Source: Octopus sinensis (taxonomy: Eukaryota). From it: a DNA stretch of 64,000 nt. The translations under genes and the position numbers were made by a program. The stretch spans positions 62,744,001 through 62,808,000 of the forward strand of contig NC_043000.1 in the NCBI RefSeq assembly GCF_006345805.1. Reading direction: 5' to 3'. The notes under the pieces were generated by a model. It ran no database searches. It was given only the letters and a program-made list of their open reading frames with translations, and was not told the DNA's origin. Shown one piece after another: positions 52,845-64,000 of the stretch (the stretch's first letter is position 1; every line of letters begins with the position of its first letter).

Positions 52845-54273
52845 TTGAAGGTCCTTAAAGTCAACCTAGCAAAAACCAAAGTTTTAATAAGTAGGAAGGC
52901 AGACAAACCACAAATCCCTTCAGGTAGATAGCCCTGCTTGATCTGTAGAAAAAGCGGAGGTAGAAATTCCATAAGATGTACCCAGTGTAAGCTGTGGTCA
53001 TAGAAGAGGTGCAGCAATATCAAAGGAAGGCTAACTGGGAAGATAGTTTTTGTATGTGGCAAATGCTCAGGAACAATAAACACTGAAAATGTGCAGAGAA
53101 CAGCTTCCGTCACATTTCAGGGAGAAAAACGAGTAGTTGATAGCTTCTGTTACCTAGGTGGATGCTCTGAAAGTGTAGCTGCTAGAATAAGAATAGCCTG
53201 GGCAAAGTTCAGAGAGCTCCTACCTCTGCTGGTGACAAAGGGCCTTTCGCTCAGAGTAAAAGATAGACTGTATGACACGTACAAACAGCCATGCTACATG
53301 GCAATGAAACATGGTCCGTGACTGCTGAGGACATGTGTAAGCTTGCAAGGATTGAAGCCAGTATACTCCGTTGGATGTGCAATGTCAGTGTGCATCCAGA
53401 ACAGAGTGTAAGCACTCTGAGAGAAAAGAAAAGAACCATCAGATGTGGTGTGCATGAGAGACAACTGTGCTGGTATGGTCATGTGTTGCAAATGGATGAT
53501 GACAGCTGTGTGAAAAAGTGTCATACCCTAGCAGTTGAGGGAACCTGTGGAAGAGGTAAACACAGGAAGACCTGGGATGAGGTGGTCAAGCACAATTTTC
53601 TAACATTGGGCCTCACCGAGGCAATGACTAGTGACCGAGACCTTTGGAGATATGTTGTGCATGAGAAGACCCAGCAAGCCAAGTGAGACCATAACCCATG
53701 GCCTGTGCCAGTGGTGTATAACCAGCCCACTTATGAGTACCCGTCATTCATTGGATAATAAACTTTGCTTGCAAAAGCCTGTTGAGGCAAGTGAAATCAA
53801 AATCACTGACATGGACAATGACAGTACCACCTGATTAGCACTTGTGCTAGTGGAACATTAAAAGTACCATCCAAGCATGATCATTGCCAGGGCTGCTGAC
53901 TGGCTTCCATGCCAGTGGCACGTAAAAAGCACCATTCGAGCGTGATCGTTTCCAGTGGCAAGGGAAAAACGACATTCAAGCGTGATCATTGCCAGTGCCG
54001 CTGGACTGGCTTCTGTGTAGGTGGAATGTAAAAAACACCATTTGAGCATGGTCGTTGTCAGTACCGCCTGTCTGTCCTTCATGCCAGTGGCACGTAAAAG
54101 CACCCACTACACTCTTGGAGTGGTTGGCATTAGGAAGGTCATCCAGGTGTAGAAACTTTACCAGATCAGATTGGAGCCTGGTGCAGCCTTCTGGCTCGCC
54201 AGTCATCAGTCAAACCGTCCAACCCATGCCAGTAGGGAAAGTGGACGTTAAACGAAGATGATGATGATGATGA
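52845..54273 (+). mobile_element. 5'-truncated RTE-clade LINE with (GAT)n tail
   Basis: LKVNLAKTKV, a Cys-rich insert (NSIRCTQCKLW..RC...FVCGKC), DSFCYLG, ARIRIAWAKFREL, LHGNETW, WYGHV and RGKHRKTW. The 3' UTR has roughly 60-bp tandem subrepeats. Confidence 0.9.
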
Positions 54274-54588
54274 CGTTTTCTATATCACAGGTAACTGACT
54301 TTAGTAAAGCATGTGACTGCAAGTACACATCATTGACAAGGCAGAAATGTATCTAGCATTTTTGTTACTGCGAGGTCAATTTTTCGACTTCCTCTGATTT
54401 ATTATTTTTTTAACACTGCGCATTTGTAAGAGATTTTATCTCAGATGAAATTACAATATATAGCCTTTGAATGGTGTGTGTATGTACATTATATATATAT
54501 ATATTTAATGTGCTGTTCCATGATAGAAAATTCAGCACAAAAAGTACTCCATCTGGTGAGAGATAAACATTATTTATTTCAAGGATAA

Positions 54589-55358
54589 ATGCTACTAATA
54601 CTTTCAGATGTTGAGAAATATCTCAAACATATACTTCAGGCACAAACCACGTATCATAACGAACTAAAAAAATCGAATAAGAGAAGAAACGCCAAAAAAA
54701 CTGAGAAAATGCAACAAGTAAAAACAAAAAAACCTAAAATGTAAAAAGTAAAAGGGTTATCTTCCTTAGACCGTAAACTATAGGGCTGGAAAGATATCAG
54801 CAAGTTAGGAATAGGCGGAATTTTCATGTTCAGATCTAAGATCCTTAACTCTACTGAACTCAGGATCAGAAATTTTCAGTGGTTGCAAGCATATGTATAA
54901 TATATTTTGAAGAACTGGAAAATTCCGCCTGTTCCTGACTAACTTGTTGATATTTTTCCAGCCTTATAGTTTAAGGTCTAAGGAGGACAACCCTTTTATC
55001 TTTATTTAACATTTTAGTTTTTGTGTTTTCGTTTTTCCCTTTTTACTTTCTACATTTCCTATATGCTACCTTCTCAGTTTTTGTCATGTTTCTTCTCTTA
55101 TTCAATCTTTTTAGTTTGTTATGATATGTGGTTTATGTCTGAAGAATATGTTTGAGGACAACCCTTTTATCTTTATTTAACATTTTAGTTTTTGTGTTTT
55201 CGTTTTTCCGTTTTTACTTTCTACATTTCCTATATGCTACCTTCTCAGTTTTTGTCATGTTTCTTCTCTTATTCAATCTTTTTAGTTTGTTATGATATGT
55301 GGTTTATGTCTGAAGAATATGTTTGAGATATTTCTCAAAATCAAACTATTAGTAGCAC
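54589..55358. repeat. Inverted duplication with an internal 171-bp tandem repeat and HHR-like motifs at both outer ends
   Basis: 54589-54830 is the diverged reverse complement of 54915-55358. 54983-55156 is repeated at 55154-55327. Confidence 0.85.
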
Positions 55359-55387
55359 TTAAAGGCATGTAATGTGTCCTTTGCACC

Positions 55388-55702
55388 GGCACCTTGGGCA
55401 AGTGTCTTCTACTATAGCCTCGGGCCGTCCAAAGACTTGTGAGTGGATTCGGTAGATGGAAACTGAAAGAAGCTCGTTGTATATATGTATATACATATGT
55501 TTGTGTGTCTGCCTTTGTCTCCCCAACATCGCTTGACAACTGATGCTGGTGTGTTTACATCCCCGTAACTTAGCGGTTCGGCAAAAGAGACTGATAGAAT
55601 AAGTACTAGACTTACAAAGAATAAGTCCTGGGTTCAATTTGCTCGACTAAAGGCGGTGCTCCAGCATGGCCAAAGTCAAATGACTGAAACAAGTAAAAGA
55701 GT
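55388..55702 (+). mobile_element. SINE (family of 4445-4812)
   Basis: caccttgggcaagtgtcttctactatagcc...gactgaaacaagtaaaaga. Confidence 0.8.
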
Positions 55703-58079
55703 ATATATACTTAGATATCCTCTTTGTTACAGCTACCTCAGGTTATGGAATTACATGTTTCCAGAAATTTTAAAGCATAACCATTAATTTTAGGATATGG
55801 TCTGTAAATTTGCCCTTACAGGTACCTTGGATAAATTGAGTTCAGTCCATGTTTGTGGCACTTTGGGCAAATGTCAGCTACTATAGTTATAGGTTTATCA
55901 ATGCCTTAATGAAACTGAAAGAAGCCCATCACATTTCTCATTGGACTGTGGTCATGCTGGACATCACCCTGAAGGCATAGCTGTAATCTATGTGTGAAGT
56001 AATTAAAATAAATTATTTTGTCTAAGTACTGAAAGAACTTCATTATAATTGAATAGGAATTCAGTTACAAAACACAGGTAGAACAATAACTTTATCATCT
56101 TTGTCATTTTGCTTCATGAAGGTTTATTCATCAACATTCTGGTCAATTTACAAAAAGAAAATTTAATGAAATATTTATTCAAAATCAGTGCTTTTTCTAC
56201 TGTTATACTGATGGACTTCAGCATATTTTTTGTAAAAATTTCTATTTCCTTAGATATGTTAGTCCCCTGTTTTAGCTAGCAAACTAAACTCCATAACAGT
56301 GGAGTTAGCATAGATTTGAGAGCTAATTTCTTTCTAGTATTGGTTTAAATATATCAATAATCAGAAAATTGATATGGAAACTGAAATCTTCTCATTGGCA
56401 CTGCATTATATTTGTTAAAAAGAGAGGCTGCTGTCAAATGGCAATGCCCATCTAGCTGTAAATAATTTCCATATGGCATGAATGATTTAATTGTGAGCAA
56501 ATTGATGAAGTTTCATGAATATTCCCTCTCAGCTAGGGAAGTAGATGCTCAAAAATCTGAATCTTCAGAGGAGTAACATTTGGCTTGGTCTGGGATACAA
56601 AGTAAGTTGTAAAAACAGATCAGAATTTGTTTATTTTTATAAGCATTTAAAAACCATCATCTAAACCTACAGAATGTTTATGCTACAATCACTAAAGCAT
56701 TTTTTTAATAATGTGTTATTGACAATAGGTGGGAAATCCAATTGTTGTTTACCCTCAAGTCAGTTCTTAAATAAGCTTATAATCAACAAGTATTCCATCT
56801 GTGACCAACTCTTTCTGGTACTGTATATCCTGGACTTTGTTATCCTAAGGTCTTCGTTGATGAAGGCCACTTATGTACCAGCACCTGCATGCACAGGTTT
56901 ATTTTGAGAAAGACTAACAGTTACCCATACATGCAAATCTGCTTTCTCTATGTCACTGATGTTATCCAAGGGAAAGATAAGGGCCAATACAGCTTGGTAT
57001 CTTGACACAAACAACCAAAACAGATACTGTAAGACATTGCTTTAACAGTTCTATGACTCCATCACCCTCAACTGGTACCTTTTTTTTATTATCAAACTCA
57101 AAAGGATGAAAGACATTGTTGACTTCAGCAGGATTTCAACTCAGATTGCCAAGAATCAGAACTTGGCACTGCTTCTCACTTAGCTGTACACATGCACAAA
57201 TACACTGCAGTCTTTTTTCCTTGAGCTCATTTTTGTTTTGGTATTTTTGACCTTTATCAGGGTGGGGAGACAAAATTCTTCAGGTACTGTGTTGCCAATT
57301 TGCTGCAATAGCATATTATTCGGTGTTTCCCTTAAGATGATTAGATATGGTTGAAGGAGCTAATTCTAATAGGTCAATCAACCACATAAAAGTTCTGTCA
57401 TTTGCTCATGAGAGAGTGAGTCATACGTACAAATGTGTACAGACTGCTGTGCTGAGTTCAATTTCTCTTGAAGGTGGAAGCCAGAAAGTTGGATCTCCCT
57501 GAGGGGATCAGTATAAATCTAGAAAACAATATGGTTGCTCATCTTTGATCATAATTAATTTTTATCATCCAAGATTGAATTACACATCTCCAAGTTTTAA
57601 TCCTGTTAGGCCTTCTTTGCCATTTGTTTTTCTATGTAGCTGCAACTGTAATGTACCAGTTTTTTAACCAAGTGACTCAACACTTGTCAATGACAAAAAA
57701 AAAAAGGAAATTTTAAAAAATAAGCATTAATTCTAATGCCACAAAAGTATATCTCAGCTAATTCATCAAGAATATAAAATAAAAAACAGTGAATAGTGTT
57801 TCTTCCTTTTTATTGTAAAATAACAATTCCTGGAGTCTTTATACATTCCAAATACATTCCAAAAGAGACAAAAAAATAATCTGGTTAGTTTCATAAATTT
57901 TCTTCTATATTAGAGGAAAAGTAACAAAGAGAGAAAGTGTGGAGAAATCCTGATATATATATATATATAAACGATTAATAAAACCCATAATTATTATGAG
58001 AATGATGATGAAAATGACAGATGAGTTGATAACATAAGTAGTAGTAGTAATAATGATAATTTTTAACATATATGCATAA

Positions 58080-59550
58080 GGCCACAATATTTTTTAAAAG
58101 GAGTAGTCCATTCAATTGACCCCCAGTTCTTGACTGGTAATAATATCTTTATTGCCCCTAGAATGATAAAAGGCAAAAATTATCCTCAGAAGAGATGTTA
58201 ATAAAAACCATATAGTATTTTGTCCTGCATTTTGTTGACTCTAATTTCACTGCTTTAATGATGATGATAACTTTTAACATAGGCACAGGAATTTGGAGGG
58301 ATGAAGTTAGTTGATTACATCGACCCCAGTATTTAACTGCTACTTTATTTTATTGACTCCCAGAAGGATGAAAGGCAAAGTTGACTACAGCAGACTTTAA
58401 ACTCAGAGTGTAAAGAGATCTGTATAAATACCACACAGTATTGAGGTTTGTCAACCAATCTGCCTATATTACAATTAATGGTTTCAAATTTTAGCTCAAT
58501 GCCAGCAATTTTGGAGGACGAGTAAGCCAATTACATTGACCCTAGCACTAAACTAGTACTTAGTTTATTGACCCCGAAAAAATAAAAGGCTAAGTTGACC
58601 TCAGCAGAATTTGAACTCAGAATGTAAAGAATGAAGAAATGCTGCTAAGCATTTTACTTGGCATGCTAATAATTCCGCCAGCTCACTGCCTTTACCTATA
58701 TTATAATTAATAACAACTACTTACTAACAAGAGTTTCTAACACAAGCACAAAGTCGGAAATCTGGTGGGTAGGGTTAGTCAATTAAATTTATCTTGGTAC
58801 ATGATTGGTGCTTTATTTTATAGACCCTAAAAGAATGAAAAGCGAAGATGACCAAAGCAGGATTTGAAGTCAGAACATAAAGAGATATAGCTAAATACTA
58901 CATGGCTACATGGTATATACTATGGTTGACCATTCTACAAATTTTGCCAACCTCTGTTTGCCTTTTAACTCATTATAATGCTAATATTGATTATAATGAT
59001 GATGATTTCTGACATAGGCACAAGGACTCAGATTTAGAGAGAGAGAACAGTATTGTTGATTAGATCATGACCAATACTTAACTCTCACTTACTTTATTGA
59101 CCCTTGAAAGATGAAAGGCAAAGTTGATCATGGCAGGTTTTGAACTCAGAACATAAAGGAATGGAACATAACCTGCTAAACCAGTCCTGCACCCTGTTGG
59201 AGGTTCAACACAGGAATCTAATTAGAGGCTCAATAATACAAATACAAAATTTAAATGAAAGAAATAGTCAATCATAACATCTTAGTGTTATAATCTTGAC
59301 TGGTGATTTATTTTACAAATATAAGTAAAATAAAAGAAAATGTTACCCTCAAAGGGAATTTTAATTCAAAACATAGGGGAACATGACGAAATACTTCAAG
59401 GTATTTTGTCCTTCACTTTACTGATTCTGCCAAACCATTACTCTAGAGGGTGATAATACTGAACAGGAATTGAACTCAAAACATAAAGAGATATAAATGA
59501 AATGCCTCGGGGCATTTTACCTACTGCTGTACTAATTCTACCAATCTATC
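58080..59550 (-). mobile_element. Cluster of about 7 degenerate, same-orientation SINE copies
   Basis: Repeated 'aaaggcaaagttgac...gaactcagaa' segments separated by ATA/ATG tracts. Confidence 0.7.
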
Positions 59551-60764
59551 TTCCTCCACAATATTTACAATATTAGTAAAACTTCAAAAATAATAATGAT
59601 AATGGTATTAGTAATATAATAGATTTTAGTTTTTAATCAGTTATCAAACCTTAAAAGAGGAGATGAAAAATACTGGCTTTTATACATTTCTTTCTGGAAC
59701 AATACAATATGTTGAAACTGGATTGTAGCCTCCACAATTTAAGTACAAATGTTGACTACTGTAATAATGTTTTTTTCTTTTTCTTTTTACAAAGCTATGA
59801 CACTTAATATATTTTTTAGTGGGGCTTCAAGGTTATTGGAAATCACCACATGCCTTGCCCAAAATTAAAGGTACTGGAAAAATAAGTAAAATGAAGGGGA
59901 CTGGTTCCAACTAAGAACAGAATTTGCATTGAAGATTCCTCATGTTCCCAATTTATCTCAGAACTTAACAAAATAATTTCTAACTTAGGACATAGTTGCT
60001 GCCTGATTGGGGACAACTATGAATAAAGAAATACCAGCCAAAACTATCCCATTTTATTTTCAGACTTGGGATTTCTTACTTAGGTACAAGGCCACATATT
60101 TATAATAGAAAAGGTTATAGATGAGAGTGTGTGATGCTTGTTCCTGCCTTTACCGAAGGCCTTAGTGATGTTAGTCAATTAGAGAGGTATAACCGGGAAA
60201 TCAAAACTGGGTTGTCAAATTTGCTAATTTGAAATAATAATGACAATAATAAAAATGGGTTCTCATTTAGGCACAATGCCAACAGATTTGAGGTTTTGAG
60301 GAGAGTAGGTAAGTCAATACCATCAACCCCTAGTATGTGACTAGGGTTGATTTATTGATTTAGCTTATTGACCTCAAAAGGATGGAAGGTTAGGTTGACT
60401 GTGGCAGGATTTGAACTGAGAATGTAAAGAGTTGGAACAAATAACACAAAGCATTTTGTCCTACACTCTAATGATTCTGCCAATCTATCCTCGTAAATAA
60501 CAACAACAGCAACAAAGAGGTATTTAAAAATATATATTCTACATAACATCTGATGAGAAATGAATATTGATTATAAAGTGGATTTTTTTTTTTTTGCTTA
60601 ATTGATATTGTTAATTCTTTCTTTCTTTCTTTTTTTTTTGTTTTGAAGTTTCCTTATTTTTCAGCAGTGGGTGGGATAAAATAAAGTAATTCAGAATATA
60701 ACCTACTATGTTTTCCTACAGTAGGGCAATCAAAGGTTTTCAATTCATTACATGTGAGAACCTA

Positions 60765-60776
60765 CTATATATATAT

Positions 60777-60822
<46 letters not shown>

Positions 60823-60826
60823 ATAT

Positions 60827-60893
<67 letters not shown>

Positions 60894-61405
60894 CATGTAT
60901 ATACATGTATGTGTATATGTATGCATGTATATATATATATATATACATACATGTATATACATGTATATATATACATACATGTATATACATACATCTATAT
61001 ATATACATACATGTATATACATACATGTATATATATACATACATGTATATACATACATGTATATACATACATACATGTATATACATACATACATGTATAT
61101 ATATACATACATGTATATACATACATGTATATATATACATACATGTATATATATACATACATGTATATACATACATGTATATATATACATGTATATATCC
61201 ATACATATATGCATACATATATATATATATATATATATATGTATATGCATACATACATATACATGTTTAATGCACACACATGTATCTATATCTATATACA
61301 TATGTATATAAATATATACATGTACACACACATGCATATATGTACTATATATATATATATATGCACATACATATATTTATTTATATACACATAGATATGT
61401 GCGTG

Positions 61406-61441
<36 letters not shown>
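60765..61441. repeat. (TA)n and ATACATGTAT-type palindromic minisatellite
   Basis: Direct inspection. Confidence 0.95.
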
Positions 61442-61444
<3 letters not shown>

Positions 61445-61741
61445 AAGTAGTTATTTGTAACCATATTGTTACTATCCTCTCAAAAGGAAGACGGTCTTCT
61501 GAAATTTACCTGACCATTTTTAATTTGAAACTCTTGTAATTTGAGATCACACTCACAGATGTTGACATTCAAACAGCTTATTTCTTTATCATTTTGATTT
61601 TAGCTGTTGTTATTGTTGTTAGTGATGATCATAATGTTAATTAATAACAATAATGATAATGATAGTGATAATAATGATGATGAAGCCTATCATCATGATG
61701 ATGGTGATGATGACTATGATAACAGTGATGATGATCTCATA

Positions 61742-61886
61742 TTACATTTTACTTTCACTTTCTGGGTCATCAGCTTCTTGAATATAAAAATCAACTGCTT
61801 TTGGTTCATGAGGTTTTACTTCCCCGTCTTTTGCATCTTTAGAATGCTTGTCTTTGTCTTTTGATTTTCTTTTTCGCCTAGAACTC
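61742..61886 (-). CDS. Exon of an unidentified gene (SSRRKRKSKDKDKHSKDAKDGEVKPHEPKAVDFYIQEADDPESESKM*)
   Basis: attttgcag acceptor. The phase 2 frame reads farthest, while the other frames stop early. May be terminal (TAA at 61742-61744) or splice at 61752. Confidence 0.6.
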
Positions 61887-63451
61887 CTGCAAAATAATGA
61901 AATGAAATTATTCCTCATGTAAAAAAGTATTCATATATTTTTATTTAATGCAGTGAAATTATTAATTTTTCTCTGTCTTTCTACTCTCCTCAACTCTGTC
62001 CTACACCACTGTACCTTCCATAACTTATGCATCAATGGTCATTCATCATGCTTAACATGCACCTTTCAATCCTACCCAATCTTTAAAGCTGTCACCTAGT
62101 TCCCCACAGCCTACACTTCTGTACTAACAACTTCTACTTGCCTCTTGGGAAGATACCTGCACTTGCAGCTTCTACTGATCAATCTCACTCCCTTACTTAA
62201 CGGTGAATAACCCTGTAGCTCCTCCACAAGAACTTGCTTTTTTCTTTTCTCCTCCCCTCTTCCCACATTCAATACCCACATCTCCTTGCATAAATACTAC
62301 CCGCCACCATACCATTATCACCAGACTTTTTGGAATCTCATGAGCTGCATAGCGACCTCAATAGGGCCAATACCACAAAAGAATGACCCAGTACACACAG
62401 TAAAGAGGTTGGCATTAGGAAGACCATCCAGTCATAGAAACCATACCAAAGCAGATACTGGAACCCAATGTAGTCCTTTGGACCCATAGAATCCTCTGAA
62501 AACTATCCAATTCATGCCAGCATGGAATACAGACATTAAATGATGATGATGATGATGATGATGATGACATGACATGCTAGAAGTTAATTTTTGTAGAGGA
62601 AATCTGTAGTAATTAGAATCAGTACATTACTGGTATATGTTTTTGCTGATTGCCACAGTTCAAAGTGAGTATCAGCAGAAAACACAGTTTTAGTACTGTT
62701 TGGTACCAAAAGCTACCAAATAGTACTAAAAGGTACCTTACCTTTTTTGCCCTATCAACTCATGAAGAATTCTTGGTGACTCTCATGACAAGCACCTTGC
62801 GCTTGTCATGGAATTATATTTGTTTCTATTTCTTTTTCAGGTTAGCATCTCATTTTACATAACATGATATGATGATTATTGTTATTATTTTTTGAGCTAC
62901 ATATGTACTTCCAGCTTACTATGTAGAGGAAGTAAACAAAATTATATCATTTCAATGTTGAAAATTAGACTAAACATCATACCCTTGATGAAGTGATAAC
63001 TTCACCTTGCTCACTATCCAACAGTTGAAGAGAACCTTAAAAATACTGGGAACACTAAATTTCTTCCTCAGACTTGTAGTTAGAATTTGAGCATATAACT
63101 TCACATAATACCTTATTGTGTATACACACACACACACATACATACATACATACATACATATATACACTCACACACACACACACACTATATTGGTTTCAAA
63201 TTTTGGCACAAAGCCAGCAGTTTTGGGGGAAGGGAAAAGTTGATTAAATCGACCTTAATGCTCCACTGGTACCTATTTTATAGACCCTAACAGGATAGAA
63301 GGCAAAGTCAGCTCAGCAGAATTTGAACTCAGAACACAGAGATGGACAAAATGCCACTAAGCATCTTACCCAGCATGCTAATGATTCTGCCAGCTTGCCA
63401 CTTTACACACTATATATATTAACTGGTTTACCATGTAACATTAATACTTGC

Positions 63452-63657
63452 CCTGAAGACTTTGAATTTAAGGGTGCATTTTCCTTCTCATTTCGTACTT
63501 GCAGCCAAATAGCTGTTTTATTTACTTCCTCAGAGATGTTCACCCTGTCTAAATCATTGCTAGACAAATGGCTGGCAAACTTTTCAGAAGGCTTTTCATG
63601 TTGAATTCGAACTTCCATCAATTTTTCATTTTCATCACGGCTAAGCAACTGTACACC
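63452..63657 (-). CDS. Exon of an unidentified gene (GVQLLSRDENEKLMEVRIQHEKPSEK...LNSKSSG)
   Basis: ctatttacag acceptor, open frame, protein-like composition. The donor is either GC at 63451 or GT at 63431. Confidence 0.6.
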
Positions 63658-64000
63658 CTGTAAATAGAATTTTGATTAATGATTTCACAGTATTATTGTA
63701 GTTCAGAAGTTCACTTTGCAAACAGGTTGTAAAGTTTATTCTCACTGCATGAATCCTGCACTTATATATATGTATATACAGAGTGTCCCAGAATTAACAA
63801 TCTATTTCAATGAAATCGGACAAATTTTAAAACAACTGAAAGAATTTTATGTTTATTAATTATGATACCAAAACCAATAGATTTATAAATCTTACATCAA
63901 AACTTTATTGAAAATTTTCAACATGTGCTCCATTTGTATCCCTGCAAATTTCAAATCTATCCTAAGAGTTGCAAAACACATTTTGAAGCAGTTCAGGAGT

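Noticed and set aside
53860-54100. Repeat-spacer-like roughly 60-bp units (CRISPR-like look)
   Set aside because: These are degenerate tandem subrepeats in an RTE 3' UTR in a eukaryote, with no unique spacers and no cas genes.

Overview
AT-rich, repeat-dense eukaryotic DNA, most likely an octopus (coleoid cephalopod), judged from the SINE families, an RTE LINE with a (GAT)n tail, '[16 protein letters not shown]' C2H2 arrays and abundant microsatellites. Genes: six 3' coding exons of Snurportin-1 (SNUPN, + strand, 1948-13276), a disrupted C2H2 zinc-finger array (+, about 48574-50241), and at least two exons of an unidentified minus-strand gene at the right end (61742-63657). Most other recognisable sequence is TE-derived: Tc1, mariner, Tigger, hAT, piggyBac-type and Merlin-like MITEs, CR1, RTE, Penelope and SINEs. 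The most notable signal is a set of type I minimal hammerhead ribozyme (HHR) motifs, some in tandem or inverted duplications and several next to (TA)n tracts. The best case is a 673-bp head-to-tail dimer at 22861-24206, which resembles a Penelope-like pLTR or retrozyme. A 5S-rRNA-derived SINE also lies just after the SNUPN stop codon. All alignments and folds were done by eye, without database searches.
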